Assembly (NCBI GenBank): GCA_031370005.1
Contig: JANMPT010000063.1
Span: 1-64,000 of the forward strand
Reading direction: 5' to 3'
Origin: Bdellovibrionales bacterium
GTDB taxonomy: Bacteria > Bdellovibrionota > Bdellovibrionia > Bdellovibrionales > Bdellovibrionaceae
DNA: 64,000 bases
Shown here: in pieces, positions 43,126 through 55,390 of the stretch
How positions within the stretch are numbered: the stretch's first letter is position 1
How the letters are laid out: every line of letters starts with the position of its first letter
Notes under the pieces: generated by a model
Database searches by the model: none
What the model was told of the DNA's origin: nothing
The model's input: only the letters and a program-made list of their open reading frames with translations
Translations under genes and position numbers: made by a program

Positions 43126-44529
43126 TTGCTTAACGATGGCGATAGGGATTCCCAAACGATTTGTGCTGTATCCACGCCACATGGGGTTGGAGGGATCTCA
43201 GTAGTTCGCATCTCAGGGTCGCAAAGTCTTGAGATAACCCGTAAAGTCGCGGGCTTTTTACCTCTCAAAATTGAATCTCATAAAGTTTACTACGGCACGA
43301 TTAAGAATCCTTATACACATGAGGATATTGATGAGGTGGTCGTGGCGTATTTTCAAAAGGGCCGTTCCTTCACGGGCGAGGAAGTTTTAGAAATTTCTTG
43401 CCATGGTAGCCCGCAAATTTGCCAAAGCATTTTAAACACGCTCATAACATTGGGCGCCAGCAGCGCAAGCAAAGGTGAGTTTACTTATCGCGCTTTCATG
43501 AATGGAAAAGTTGACCTAGTTCAGGCAGAAAGTGTTTTGGAATTAATTGAAAGCCAAAGCGCAAAAGCACAAAAACTTGCACTTCGCCAGCTCAAGGGGA
43601 AACTCTCTCAGCACCTTGAAGACCTCGAGGATAAGCTAATTTGGTTGATGGCACATATTGAGGCGGGAATTGATTTTTCTTCAGAGGATCTTGATCTTGT
43701 AAGTGCACAAGTCGTAAATGAAAAACTTGTTGAAATTGAAAACTCCTTGAAGTCTTTGGTGGACTCTTATCGAGTTGGTCGAATTATGAGAGACGGCGTG
43801 ACTGTAGCTCTCGCGGGTTGCCCAAACGTAGGCAAATCAAGCCTTTTAAACCTTTTTTTAGAAGAAGATCGTGCGATTGTGACGTCTGTTGCGGGAACCA
43901 CGCGTGATGTTATCTCTGGGGACATCAACTACAATGGATTAAAGCTGACATTTTTAGATACGGCGGGAATCCGCAATCACACCTCGGACATAGTAGAGCA
44001 GATTGGTATTAAAAAGAGTCGAGAGGCCCATTCCGAGGCCGATATTGTGTTGTTTGTATTTGACCTTTTAGTTGGGATTCGGCCAGAAGAAGAAGAGCTT
44101 CTTAGTCAGCTTATGGAAAGTAATATTTTCATAATAGGTAATAAACTTGATCAAGTTAAGGAGCCTACTCTTGCCCCGGGCTTTGAAAAACTTATGCGGT
44201 ATATGAACACCTCAAAGAGAAATCTTTTCTTTCTCAGTGCTCTCGATCAAAGTGCAAGACCGCAGATATTGAAAGAGATTTCCTCCAGTCTTTTTCAAGC
44301 TGATATGCAAGATCAGGTTTTGCTTTCGAATGTTCGGCATTACGAAAATCTTTCGAAGGCGCTATCAAACATGGCGAGCTGTCGGCGGCTAGTGAGCGAG
44401 GGGCTTGGCGCGGAGTTTTTAGCTATCGAATTGAAAGAGGCTTTAATTGCAATACAGGAAACTCTAGGAAAGCGTTTTGATGACCAAGTAATGGATCGTG
44501 TGTTTAAAGAGTTTTGCCTCGGAAAATAA
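43126..44529 (+). CDS. mnmE: tRNA modification GTPase
   Basis: SFTGE, HGS, NVGKSS, GTTRD, DTAG, NKLD, FCLGK. Confidence 0.97.
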   Translation: MLNDGDRDSQTICAVSTPHGVGGISVVRISGSQSLEITRKVAGFLPLKIESHKVYYGTIKNPYTHEDIDEVVVAYFQKGRSFTGEEVLEISCHGSPQICQSILNTLITLGASSASKGEFTYRAFMNGKVDLVQAESVLELIESQSAKAQKLALRQLKGKLSQHLEDLEDKLIWLMAHIEAGIDFSSEDLDLVSAQVVNEKLVEIENSLKSLVDSYRVGRIMRDGVTVALAGCPNVGKSSLLNLFLEEDRAIVTSVAGTTRDVISGDINYNGLKLTFLDTAGIRNHTSDIVEQIGIKKSREAHSEADIVLFVFDLLVGIRPEEEELLSQLMESNIFIIGNKLDQVKEPTLAPGFEKLMRYMNTSKRNLFFLSALDQSARPQILKEISSSLFQADMQDQVLLSNVRHYENLSKALSNMASCRRLVSEGLGAEFLAIELKEALIAIQETLGKRFDDQVMDRVFKEFCLGK

Positions 44530-44533
44530 TAAT

Positions 44534-46441
44534 ATGAAGATGTCCCCGTATGATATTATCGTTGTCGGTGCCGGTCATGCCGGAGTGGAGGCCTGTCTGG
44601 CGTCTGCTCGTCTGGGTTTAAAAACGCTGGTTGTAACTACTAATTTAGAACGTATTGCATATATGAGCTGTAACCCCTCCATTGGTGGTCTTGCAAAAGG
44701 ACACATGGTTCGTGAGATTGATGTATTGGGCGGACAAATGGGTTTTGCAGCAGACGAGACGTGTATTCAATTTAAACGTCTAAATGCTAGCAAGGGCCCG
44801 GCAGTTCGTGGAACTCGGGTTCAGTCGGACAAGCAGCTATACTCTGAACACATGACGAATCAACTGACTCGTCATCCGAACATTTCCTTACTACAGGGTG
44901 AAGTGAAGCGCTTAATTCTAGAAAAAGACCTTTGTGTAGGTGTTGTTCTTCACGACGGCTCTGAAATTTATGGCAAAGCCGTTGTTATTACAGCGGGCAC
45001 CTTTATGAATGGCGTGATGCATATCGGGCTTACGCAAACGCAAGGTGGAAGAGTTGGGGATAAGGCCTCTGTTGGACTTTCCAACCAGCTTGCGGACTTT
45101 GGCTTTAGCGTCCGCCGCCTTAAAACAGGAACCCCCGCTCGTCTCCATAAAGACAGTATTGATTGGAGCAAAACCTTAGCTCAGTACGGAGACAATAACA
45201 TTTATCCTTTTAGTTTTAAATCCGAACGTCAGCTGAAGCTTCCTCAGATAGCGTGCTATCTTTCCCGAACGACAGAAAAAACACATGAAATCATCCGTGC
45301 AAATCTTGATAAGTCTCCGATGTTTTGTGGAAATATTGAAGGAGTGGGGCCTCGTTATTGCCCAAGCATTGAAGACAAGGTGACCCGATTTGCGGATAAG
45401 GAAAGCCATCAAACTTTTTTAGAACCCGAAGGCCTAAATTCTAATTTAATTTATCTTCAAGGGATATCTACGAGTCTTCCAGAGGATATTCAGTATGAGT
45501 TTCTCAAAACAATTCCAGGACTAGAGAATGTGAAAATCGTTCGACCTGGGTACGCGGTGGAATATGACGTCATTGAACCAACGCAAATTTGGCACCGACT
45601 GGAAACGCGCACAATTCGCCAATTATTTTTAGCAGGCCAAATTAATGGAACATCTGGGTATGAAGAGGCGGCAGCTCAAGGTTTGGTTGCCGGAGTTAAT
45701 GCCGCACACAGTGTTTTGGGCAGAGAAGAGTTTGTTTTGGCACGTGATCAAGCATATATAGGAGTTTTAATTGATGACCTTGTAACGAAGGGCACCAATG
45801 AGCCTTATCGCATGTTTACATCAAGAGCAGAACACAGGCTTGTTTTGAGAGAAGATAATACTATTGATAGGTTGGCCGAGATTGCAACTAAATTTAGTTT
45901 AATTGATACCATGTCAGTTGACATATTGATGGAGCTTAAAAAGCGCCGTGAAATAATGATGGATAAGTTGCAAACGGAACGACTTTTCCCGGTGAGCGAA
46001 ACGCAAGCAAAACTGGCGAGACTGGGAACCTCAGAGCTATTAAAACCTGTTAGTTTTGAAGAGCTGCTTAGACGACCAGAGGTTTCCTGTATTGGCTTGT
46101 GCGAGCTTGGTTTTGAGATGGATATGGACCCCAATGTATCTGAGCCAGTAGAAATCGAAATTAAATATTCAGGATATGTTAAACGACAACTAGAGTTGAT
46201 TGCCCAATCTAAGCGACTTGAAGAGCTGCGTCTTTCTGAGACTTTAGCCTACTCTGAAATCCGTGGCCTATCGACTGAGGAGGTTGATAAACTTTCTCGC
46301 ATAAAGCCACGAACTTTAGGCCAAGCCCAGCGCATAAGTGGTGTTAATCCCTCAGCAGTTCAAGCTATAATGATCTATCTTAAAGGTCATAAGAAATTGA
46401 AGGAGTTGTCACTTGTCGGAGAGGGCGGAAGTATTAGTTAG
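44534..46441 (+). CDS. mnmG: tRNA uridine 5-carboxymethylaminomethyl modification enzyme
   Basis: GAGHAG, SCNPSIGG, GPRYCPSIEDK, GQINGTSGYEEAA. Confidence 0.98.
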   Translation: MKMSPYDIIVVGAGHAGVEACLASARLGLKTLVVTTNLERIAYMSCNPSIGGLAKGHMVREIDVLGGQMGFAADETCIQFKRLNASKGPAVRGTRVQSDKQLYSEHMTNQLTRHPNISLLQGEVKRLILEKDLCVGVVLHDGSEIYGKAVVITAGTFMNGVMHIGLTQTQGGRVGDKASVGLSNQLADFGFSVRRLKTGTPARLHKDSIDWSKTLAQYGDNNIYPFSFKSERQLKLPQIACYLSRTTEKTHEIIRANLDKSPMFCGNIEGVGPRYCPSIEDKVTRFADKESHQTFLEPEGLNSNLIYLQGISTSLPEDIQYEFLKTIPGLENVKIVRPGYAVEYDVIEPTQIWHRLETRTIRQLFLAGQINGTSGYEEAAAQGLVAGVNAAHSVLGREEFVLARDQAYIGVLIDDLVTKGTNEPYRMFTSRAEHRLVLREDNTIDRLAEIATKFSLIDTMSVDILMELKKRREIMMDKLQTERLFPVSETQAKLARLGTSELLKPVSFEELLRRPEVSCIGLCELGFEMDMDPNVSEPVEIEIKYSGYVKRQLELIAQSKRLEELRLSETLAYSEIRGLSTEEVDKLSRIKPRTLGQAQRISGVNPSAVQAIMIYLKGHKKLKELSLVGEGGSIS

Positions 46442-47072
46442 CCACTGGCGCATAGGAACTTGGTTTTCTGATTTGAGCCCAGAAATACTTATGCAGTTTA
46501 AAATATTTAACGACGAGCTGATTAAATTTAACAGGTCAGTCAATTTGGTCTCTCCGAAGACAATTCCAATGGCAGATGCAATCCACTTTGCAGACAGCAT
46601 ATTGTCATCACGCGTTATAACTAGTAGTAATGCGAAAATAAATGAGATTTATGATCTTGGTAGTGGAAATGGTTTTCCCGGACTGGTGTTTGCTATATTA
46701 AACCCTCATATCAAGGTTCATCTTGTAGACTCAGATCAGCGCAAATGTGAGTTTTTGAAGCACATTATTGCGTCCCTTAAGGTGTCGAACGCTAATGTTT
46801 TAAATATTAAAATAGAAGATATAAAAGACAGCAGCATGCAGTATGTAATTTCCCGCGGTTTTGCATCCATTTCGAAGTTAATTTTACTAACGAGAAAAGC
46901 CGTTTTAAAGGGTGGGGTTGTTTACCATCTTAAGGGCGAGCAGTGGGGAATGGAAGTGTCTGAAATTCCGATTCAACTTTGCTCCTCTTGGTCCCCGGGA
47001 TTGGTTGGGGAATATCGACTGCCAATAGGGGAAGTAAAGTTTGCTGTAATTAGAACAGATAAAATCGCATAA
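46413..47072 (+). CDS. rsmG: 16S rRNA m7G527 methyltransferase
   Basis: HFADS, DLGSGNGFPG, SRGF, LKG; start uncertain. Confidence 0.94.
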   Translation: MSERAEVLVSHWRIGTWFSDLSPEILMQFKIFNDELIKFNRSVNLVSPKTIPMADAIHFADSILSSRVITSSNAKINEIYDLGSGNGFPGLVFAILNPHIKVHLVDSDQRKCEFLKHIIASLKVSNANVLNIKIEDIKDSSMQYVISRGFASISKLILLTRKAVLKGGVVYHLKGEQWGMEVSEIPIQLCSSWSPGLVGEYRLPIGEVKFAVIRTDKIA

Positions 47073-47073
47073 T

Positions 47074-47089
47074 TGTTCCACGTGGAACA
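47074..47089. promoter_or_regulatory. parS site
   Basis: TGTTCCACGTGGAACA perfect palindrome, extending to 26 bp (47069-47094). Confidence 0.92.
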
Positions 47090-47100
47090 ATTATAACAAG

Positions 47101-47601
47101 CTAGTTCTTTTTTTCTGGTTTTTTAGCCGAAGCTGAAACAATACCAACCGACTTCTCATACTCCTCAACCCGCCTTCGAGAATCCCAGCTCTTAGCGCCA
47201 CGCAAAGCCGCTTTATATTGTTTGTATGAAGTAAGTTCGCTTTCAGTAGGCCAGGGAGTTCCCGCCTTAAACGCCTTGGCATATTCAAATTTCGTATATT
47301 GTTTGCGGCTTGCAGACTTCAATTCGTAATACTTCACCAACTGCTCAAGTTTCTGAATTTTATCCTCGGATTCGAAATACTTTTTTTGAGCATACTTAAT
47401 GGCGCCAGTTTGTGGGGTCGCCGTATCCAAATCCTTTTTAAAACCCTCAAGTTTTTTCTTCTCGACTTCAAGCTCTTTTTGCACGGATTGCGCCTGAGAT
47501 AAAAAGTCCTGATAAATCTCATCGGTGTTCTCAGGGTTGGGATTAGGCTTATTACAGCTAATAATGGAAATTAATATGATAAAAATAATAACAACGCGCA
47601 T
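47101..47601 (-). CDS. Putative lipoprotein with coiled-coil segment
   Basis: MRVVIIFIILISIISC lipobox-like start at 47601; heptad-rich helical body. Confidence 0.75.
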   Translation of the reverse strand: MRVVIIFIILISIISCNKPNPNPENTDEIYQDFLSQAQSVQKELEVEKKKLEGFKKDLDTATPQTGAIKYAQKKYFESEDKIQKLEQLVKYYELKSASRKQYTKFEYAKAFKAGTPWPTESELTSYKQYKAALRGAKSWDSRRRVEEYEKSVGIVSASAKKPEKKN

Positions 47602-47611
47602 GTTCACCCAA

Positions 47612-47627
47612 TGTTCTACGTGGAACA
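47612..47627. promoter_or_regulatory. parS site (one mismatch)
   Basis: TGTTCTACGTGGAACA, upstream of parA. Confidence 0.8.
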
Positions 47628-47713
47628 TCGGAAGATTTAAGTAAAAACATTAGGAAAAACTTGCCATGGTAAAAAAAATGCACGAGTTTCAATAAAGCAC
47701 GGAGAAATTAATT

Positions 47714-48526
47714 ATGGCTAAGATAATTTGTATAGCAAACCAAAAAGGTGGAGTAGGCAAAACAACCACCTCAGTCAATCTTTCGTCAGCATTGGCAGCA
47801 CTCGGCAGGCGCGTGCTTTTAATTGACATGGATCCTCAAGGGAATGCCTCTAGCGGCCTAGGCATAAAGAGATATGAAAGCCAAGACAACAATATTTATC
47901 ATATACTAATCGGCGAACGGAATATTCAAGAGACAATTCAAAAAACCAAAGACAAAAATTTACACGTAATTACAGCAAACCCAGACCTGGTAGGAGCAGA
48001 AATTGAACTTGTTGACATGCCGCAGCGCGAATACCGATTAAAATCTGCGGTCGCTGCCATTAATGATCTTTATGACTATGTGCTTATTGATTGCCCGCCA
48101 TCATTAGGGCTTTTGACGCTAAATGCGCTCACCGCCGCAGACAGCTTTTTGGTTCCGCTTCAGTGTGAGTACTACGCACTTGAAGGCTTAAGCCAACTTT
48201 TGAATACGGCAGGTTTAATCAAGAAAAACCTGAACCCACAACTACATATTGAGGGAATTGTTTTAACAATGTTTGATACTAGAAACAACCTAAGCCATCA
48301 AGTTGTTACGGAAATAAAAAACCATTTCGGCGACAAGGTTTTCAACGCAATCATTCCGAGAAATGTTCGCTTAAGCGAGGCGCCAAGTCATGGGCAGTCT
48401 ATTTTTGACTACGATCAAAAATCCATCGGCGCCACTAAATACTATGATCTTGCTAAAGAAATTGAACTAAAAACACAAGCAAAGAGCCTTGAACAAACTT
48501 CGCAACAAGAGGCGATAAATGTCTGA
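47714..48526 (+). CDS. parA: Chromosome partitioning ATPase ParA/Soj
   Basis: NQKGGVGKTT, DMDPQGN, IDCPPSLG, RNVRLSEAPSHG. Confidence 0.97.
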   Translation: MAKIICIANQKGGVGKTTTSVNLSSALAALGRRVLLIDMDPQGNASSGLGIKRYESQDNNIYHILIGERNIQETIQKTKDKNLHVITANPDLVGAEIELVDMPQREYRLKSAVAAINDLYDYVLIDCPPSLGLLTLNALTAADSFLVPLQCEYYALEGLSQLLNTAGLIKKNLNPQLHIEGIVLTMFDTRNNLSHQVVTEIKNHFGDKVFNAIIPRNVRLSEAPSHGQSIFDYDQKSIGATKYYDLAKEIELKTQAKSLEQTSQQEAINV

Positions 48527-49517
48527 ATTAAACAATAACGAGAGCGTAAATAAAAAAAGAGGCCTTGGGCGTGGTTTAGGGTCCTTGCTTGGTGAAGGGC
48601 GCGCGGCAGAGGAGATGAGTAGTCAAGGAAAGCAGCATGACTTTGCGGGGGCAGCGGCAAAGCCCGGCCCAAATCAAGCCGCCGCCGCGCCTATCTCCAC
48701 TAATATTGATGGCAAGGTCTGGCAGGTGGCCATTGATAAACTATCAGCAGGGCAATATCAGCCGAGAAAGGCTTTTGAAAAAGAAAGCCTCCGTCAGCTT
48801 TCGCAGTCAATTAAAGAAAATGGAATTCTTCAGCCCATCATTGCAAGAAAAGTGGCCGGGGGCCGCCTAGAAATTATTGCGGGGGAACGTCGCTGGAGAG
48901 CTGCGCAGAGTGCGGGGCTCCATGAGGTGCCAGTCCTAATAAAGAATTACGATAATCAAGAAGCGCTTGAGCTTGCGATTATTGAAAATATTCAACGGGA
49001 AGACCTCAATCCAATTGAAGAGGCAGAGGGTTATTCAAGACTTGTTACTGAATTCAAAATGTCACAGCAACAAGTTGCTGATAAGGTTGGCCGCGATCGA
49101 GCCACCGTCGCCAACGCCATCCGGCTATTAGCGCTACCAAACGAAGCAAAAAAACTAATTGTGGATGGCAGCCTTTCGGTTGGCCATGCCAAAGTTCTCC
49201 TCTCATTGCCTGACGCCAAGATGCAGCTGGATTTTGCTAAAAAAGTAATTAACGAGAGGCTTTCGGTTCGCAGGTTAGAAAAGTTAGTATCGGACGCGCA
49301 GAAGGCAAGCGCGGCGGAGCTCAAGCCAGGAATAGTAACTGACAATAACGTGACGCAGAGGCTCATTTTAGGTTTGAGCGATGAGCTTCAAAAGATTCTA
49401 GGAACCAAGGTTAATATTGATTATGCTAACTCCAAAGGAAAAATTGCAGTTCATTTCTATTCAGACGATGAGCTGACACAAATTGTCGATAGGTTAAAGC
49501 AGGGATGGCAGAAATAA
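48519..49517 (+). CDS. parB: Chromosome partitioning protein ParB
   Basis: GLGRGL, YQPR, AGERRWRA, ENIQREDL, HTH. Confidence 0.97.
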   Translation: MSELNNNESVNKKRGLGRGLGSLLGEGRAAEEMSSQGKQHDFAGAAAKPGPNQAAAAPISTNIDGKVWQVAIDKLSAGQYQPRKAFEKESLRQLSQSIKENGILQPIIARKVAGGRLEIIAGERRWRAAQSAGLHEVPVLIKNYDNQEALELAIIENIQREDLNPIEEAEGYSRLVTEFKMSQQQVADKVGRDRATVANAIRLLALPNEAKKLIVDGSLSVGHAKVLLSLPDAKMQLDFAKKVINERLSVRRLEKLVSDAQKASAAELKPGIVTDNNVTQRLILGLSDELQKILGTKVNIDYANSKGKIAVHFYSDDELTQIVDRLKQGWQK

Positions 49518-49870
49518 AAACACCAACAAGCAACGATGATTTTTTAACCGGCCATGTAACGTCAATATTAGACTATGGAACCAGGTTCGAAGGAAAACTC
49601 AGCTTTGAGGGGACGGCACAAATTGGCGGCGAGTTTATTGGAGAAATATATACCAATGACACCGTAGTCATCAATGATACCGCAAATATTCAGGCTCAAG
49701 TAGAGGCAGATACAATTATTATCAGCGGCCGGGTGGAGGGAAATCTCTTTGCACGCCGCAGGGTTATAATGCATCCGCCAGCCGTATTTAAAGGCACGGT
49801 GACCTCGCCAAGTCTTCGAATAGATGAGGGCGTTGTGTTTGAGGGCGCTTCATACATGCCCAAGTCTTAA
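49505..49870 (+). CDS. Bactofilin (polymer-forming cytoskeletal protein)
   Basis: GTRFEGKLSF...IGGEFIGEI...ISGRVEGN...LRIDEGVVFEG beta-helix pattern. Confidence 0.92.
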   Translation: MAEIKTPTSNDDFLTGHVTSILDYGTRFEGKLSFEGTAQIGGEFIGEIYTNDTVVINDTANIQAQVEADTIIISGRVEGNLFARRRVIMHPPAVFKGTVTSPSLRIDEGVVFEGASYMPKS

Positions 49871-49976
49871 CCAAAACCCATTGTTTACAGTAATTTAAAG
49901 CTAATTTGGCCTTGACCATTTCTTTCCAGAAATGCTAATTCCGAAGCTTCAAAAAACTAATAGGGATTACAGCAAA

Positions 49977-50411
49977 ATGGAAATTATTCACCAGTTAGGA
50001 ATAAACGGAACAGCAATCGTTCAATTCGGGATCTTCATTTGCGCATTCTTTTTTTTAAATCTATATGTCTTTACGCCATATTATAAAGCTTTTGCGGAGC
50101 GCGAAAATCGCACATTCGGCGGCGAAGACCTGGCCCAAGAGTTTCAAAAAAAATCAACGGAGCTTCATTCGGAATACCAAACAAAGGCCAAAGAAGTGAC
50201 GAAAAAAATTAAAGAGGTCTATGATGCGCATCGTTCTGATGCATTGAAGGAGTACGATATATTGGTGGTCGGCGCCCGGGCAGAGGCGCAGTCATTTCTT
50301 GAAGCGAACAATCAAAAAATTGCGCAATCTATTCAAGCAACGGCGGCAGCGCTAAGGGCAGAAACAACAAATATTGCTATCGTGATCACCCAAAAGCTTT
50401 TGGGAAAGTAA
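49977..50411 (+). CDS. ATP synthase Fo subunit b'
   Basis: N-terminal TM helix, P..KAFAER, coiled coil; precedes atpF. Confidence 0.85.
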   Translation: MEIIHQLGINGTAIVQFGIFICAFFFLNLYVFTPYYKAFAERENRTFGGEDLAQEFQKKSTELHSEYQTKAKEVTKKIKEVYDAHRSDALKEYDILVVGARAEAQSFLEANNQKIAQSIQATAAALRAETTNIAIVITQKLLGK

Positions 50412-50421
50412 GAGAGAAAAT

Positions 50422-50994
50422 ATGAAAAAATGGTTTTCGTTTCTTTTGGTACTTGGAACAAGCGCCGCTTATGCAGCGAATGGGCATGGCGAGCATGAGG
50501 TCGGGCCAGTTGAGGTTCCTCGAGTTGTTCTTTATCAAGCAATCAATGTAGCTATTTTATTTGGAGGACTTTTTTACTTTTTAAAGAGCACGGTTGTAAA
50601 GCATTATGCTGATCGCAAAGCGAATTACTTGGCGGCTGCACAAAAATCACAAGCAGCACGCGAGCAAGCAGAAAAACAATTTGTAGAAATTAAACATAAA
50701 CTTGAACAACTACAGAGTGGCGAAGACGAAAGTATTTCTCGAGCGAAAGCAGAAGCCGCCAATCTAAAGCGCTCTCTGATCAAAGAGGCACAAGAAATGG
50801 TCTTGAGAATAAAACATGAAGCTGAGGAGTTGGCAAAAATTGAAACTCAAAAAGCGCAAGTACACCTTCGAGAGGAGCTTTTGAAAGATGCGCTTGAGGC
50901 CTCAAAGACGGTTTTGACGAAGGATATTGGATCCGCAGACCACCAGAAGCTTCAAAATGAATTTATCAACAAAGTGCAGGCGGTCAATCCATGA
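50422..50994 (+). CDS. atpF: ATP synthase Fo subunit b
   Basis: QAINVAIL TM helix plus coiled coil; atp operon. Confidence 0.88.
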   Translation: MKKWFSFLLVLGTSAAYAANGHGEHEVGPVEVPRVVLYQAINVAILFGGLFYFLKSTVVKHYADRKANYLAAAQKSQAAREQAEKQFVEIKHKLEQLQSGEDESISRAKAEAANLKRSLIKEAQEMVLRIKHEAEELAKIETQKAQVHLREELLKDALEASKTVLTKDIGSADHQKLQNEFINKVQAVNP

Positions 50995-51539
50995 AAATTA
51001 CTGAGGTCTCGCGCCGCTATGCTAAGGCACTGATTGCGATTGCAAAACAAAAAGGCGAACATGACAGGGTTCAAAAAGAAGTACTAACGATTATGCGTAT
51101 CTTGAAAGCAGATCCTCATGTGCAGGTTTTTTTTACAAACCCCATGATTACATCAGAGCAAAAAAAGCTGGTTATTAAAGCTGCTTTTGGTGACATGGGT
51201 CTTCTGGAGGCAGTATACAATCTTCTGCTTCTTTTAGTTGATAAGAACCGCATGGGCAGCTTTGAAGAAATCGCAGAGGCCTATCAGGCGCAAATGGACA
51301 TTGAGCGGGGCGTGACCCGAGGAACAGTGAGCTCTGCCAAGGTCTTATCTGATGACAGCAAAAAAGGCCTAGAATTTGAAATCAACAAAGTATTAAAAAA
51401 GAAAATCATCCTGACGTACAAAGAAGACTCAACCCTTTTGGGTGGAGTGGTTGCTCAAGTCGGAGGGTGGACTTTTGATGACAGTATTGAAATGCATTTA
51501 ATAAAATTGAGCGAAGAACTTAACAGGAGAGCCAACTAA
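50991..51539 (+). CDS. atpH: ATP synthase F1 delta subunit
   Basis: [18 protein letters not shown]. Confidence 0.95.
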   Translation: MKITEVSRRYAKALIAIAKQKGEHDRVQKEVLTIMRILKADPHVQVFFTNPMITSEQKKLVIKAAFGDMGLLEAVYNLLLLLVDKNRMGSFEEIAEAYQAQMDIERGVTRGTVSSAKVLSDDSKKGLEFEINKVLKKKIILTYKEDSTLLGGVVAQVGGWTFDDSIEMHLIKLSEELNRRAN

Positions 51540-51541
51540 TC

Positions 51542-53068
51542 ATGGAAACACAAATCCGTGCAGACGAAATCAGTCGTGTTCTTAAAGAGCAGATAAATCA
51601 GTATAACAAGAAAATTGAAGTCAGCGAAACTGGAAGTGTTCTTTCGGTTGGAGATGGCGTTGCGCGAGTTTATGGGCTTGAAAACGTAATGGCAGGAGAG
51701 CTCGTTGAATTTCCTAACGAAATTTACGGGATGGTTCTTAATCTTGAGGACTCCTTTGTTGGCGTAGTTATTTTCGGAGAAGACCGTGGGATTAAAGAAG
51801 GTGATACGGTTAAGCGCACCAAAAAAATCGTTCAAGTTCCTGTTGGTGAGGCTATGCTTGGGCGCGTAGTCGATGCGCTCGGCACGCCAATTGATGGTCG
51901 CGGACCGATCAACACTCCTCACAGCCGAGTCGTAGAGATGAAAGCTCCTGGCATTGTTTATCGCCATCCAGTTGAAGAGTCTTTGTCAACAGGCATCAAA
52001 GCAATCGACTCGCTAATTCCGATTGGACGTGGCCAGCGTGAGTTAATCATTGGCGACCGTCAGACGGGCAAAACAGCGATTGCAATCGACGCTATTATTA
52101 ACCAAAAAGGTCAGGGTGTTTATTGCTTCTATGTAGCTATCGGGCAGAAGCAGTCTACAGTGGCGGCCGTGGTTGAAAAACTTCGCGCAGCCGGTGCCCT
52201 TGAATATACAACGGTCATTACAGCCGGAGCATCGGATCAGGCACCGCTGCAGTTTTTGGCGGCATACTCTGGAACAGCAATGGCAGAATACTTCCGCGAC
52301 AGCGGCAGACATGCTTTGATTATTTATGACGACTTAACAAAACAAGCCCAAGCCTATCGGCAGTTATCACTTCTTCTTCGTCGTCCTCCCGGACGTGAGG
52401 CCTATCCAGGAGATGTGTTCTATCTACATAGTCGACTTTTGGAGCGTGCGTCTAAGCTGTCAGCCGATAAGGGCGGCGGTTCATTGACGGCATTGCCGAT
52501 CATAGAAACTCAGGCGGGAGACATTTCTGCGTATATTCCGACGAACGTGATTTCGATCACGGATGGGCAGATATTTTTAGAAACAGATCTTTTTAATAAA
52601 GGCATTCGCCCGGCAATCTCTGTGGGTAAATCTGTTTCCCGCGTAGGTGGCGCTGCTCAGATTAAAGCTATGAAGCAGGTTGCAGGCTCTATGAAGCTTG
52701 AGCTTGCTCAGTATCGAGCAATGGAAGCCTTTGCGGCTTTTGCCTCTGACTTGGATAAAGCGACTCAGCAACAGCTGGCTCGGGGTCGCCGCTTGGTTGA
52801 GGTTTTGAAGCAGGGCCAGTATTCTCCGGTGAAAGTGGAAGAGCAAGTTGCAGTGATTTTTGCTGCGGGCAATGGTTACGTTGATGCGTATCCTGAGTCG
52901 GACGTAAGAAGATATGAAAAAGAGTTGATGGAGTTCCTGAAGCAAAAGCATACCCATGTTCTAAAAAACATCGCTGAGAAGAAAACCATGACAGATGATA
53001 TCAAGAAAACGCTCGTTGTCGGACTTGAAGAATTTAAAGTCGTTTTCCAACCCTCTTTGAAGCAATAG
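51542..53068 (+). CDS. atpA: ATP synthase F1 alpha subunit
   Basis: [18 protein letters not shown]. Confidence 0.99.
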   Translation: METQIRADEISRVLKEQINQYNKKIEVSETGSVLSVGDGVARVYGLENVMAGELVEFPNEIYGMVLNLEDSFVGVVIFGEDRGIKEGDTVKRTKKIVQVPVGEAMLGRVVDALGTPIDGRGPINTPHSRVVEMKAPGIVYRHPVEESLSTGIKAIDSLIPIGRGQRELIIGDRQTGKTAIAIDAIINQKGQGVYCFYVAIGQKQSTVAAVVEKLRAAGALEYTTVITAGASDQAPLQFLAAYSGTAMAEYFRDSGRHALIIYDDLTKQAQAYRQLSLLLRRPPGREAYPGDVFYLHSRLLERASKLSADKGGGSLTALPIIETQAGDISAYIPTNVISITDGQIFLETDLFNKGIRPAISVGKSVSRVGGAAQIKAMKQVAGSMKLELAQYRAMEAFAAFASDLDKATQQQLARGRRLVEVLKQGQYSPVKVEEQVAVIFAAGNGYVDAYPESDVRRYEKELMEFLKQKHTHVLKNIAEKKTMTDDIKKTLVVGLEEFKVVFQPSLKQ

Positions 53069-53077
53069 GGTGCCGCA

Positions 53078-53959
53078 ATGGCAAGTTTAAAGGACATTAG
53101 GGCTCGAATTGAGTCCACAAAAAATACGCAGCAAATTACAAAGGCAATGAAACTTGTCTCTGCGGCGAAGCTGCGTAAAGCGCAGAATAACATCACAAAT
53201 ATGCGACCATATGCACATGCTTTGCAAAAAGTGACTGCAGATATCGCAGTAACCAACAAAGTTACTCACCCGCTGATGGAGCAAAAATTAGAAATTAAGA
53301 AAGTGCTTTTGGTCGTTTTGACTTCGGATCGCGGTCTTTGTGGCGGCTTTAATAGCAATATTAACAAATTTGCTGAAAATTACTATAAGCAGAACATTGG
53401 TACTTATGAAAAAATTGACTTTCTTTTTATCGGTCGCAAAGGCGGCGATTACTTTGCCAAGAAAGGCTATTCAGCTATCGATTCGATAACTCGTTTGGAT
53501 AAGGATATTTCTTATGATTTGGCATCGCACATTGCAGATCGACTAATGAAACATTATCTATCTGGTGAGTATGATGAAATTCGGATGATTTACAATGAGT
53601 TTAAATCTGCAATTTCTCAAGAGGTTGTGTGTGAAACGCTTCTGCCAATCGACATTCAAAAGACGTCTTTTGATACCTCCGGCACCACCGTGGGCTTTTC
53701 TGTAGATATGATTTTTGAACCAGAGCCGCAGCAAATTATTGAGCAATTGCTTGTGAAGCATTTTGATCTTCAGGTGTACAGAAGCATGTCGGAGAGCGTT
53801 GCGGCAGAGCATGGTGCGCGGATGACCGCAATGGAGAATGCAACTAACAACGCAAAAGAGATGATTAACTCGTACACACTGACTTACAACAAATTAAGAC
53901 AAGAAAAAATTACTACAGAACTAACTGAAATCGTCAGCGGTGCAGAGGCACTTAAATAA
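53078..53959 (+). CDS. atpG: ATP synthase F1 gamma subunit
   Basis: ITKAMKLV, SDRGLCG, RQEKITTEL. Confidence 0.98.
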   Translation: MASLKDIRARIESTKNTQQITKAMKLVSAAKLRKAQNNITNMRPYAHALQKVTADIAVTNKVTHPLMEQKLEIKKVLLVVLTSDRGLCGGFNSNINKFAENYYKQNIGTYEKIDFLFIGRKGGDYFAKKGYSAIDSITRLDKDISYDLASHIADRLMKHYLSGEYDEIRMIYNEFKSAISQEVVCETLLPIDIQKTSFDTSGTTVGFSVDMIFEPEPQQIIEQLLVKHFDLQVYRSMSESVAAEHGARMTAMENATNNAKEMINSYTLTYNKLRQEKITTELTEIVSGAEALK

Positions 53960-53962
53960 TAG

Positions 53963-55381
<1,419 letters not shown>

Positions 55382-55390
55382 GGGTAATGT

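Noticed and set aside
46905..47628. ORF starts MFHVEQ (46905..47090) and MFHVEH (47628)
   Set aside because: These peptides are translations of parS palindromes, not real N-termini.
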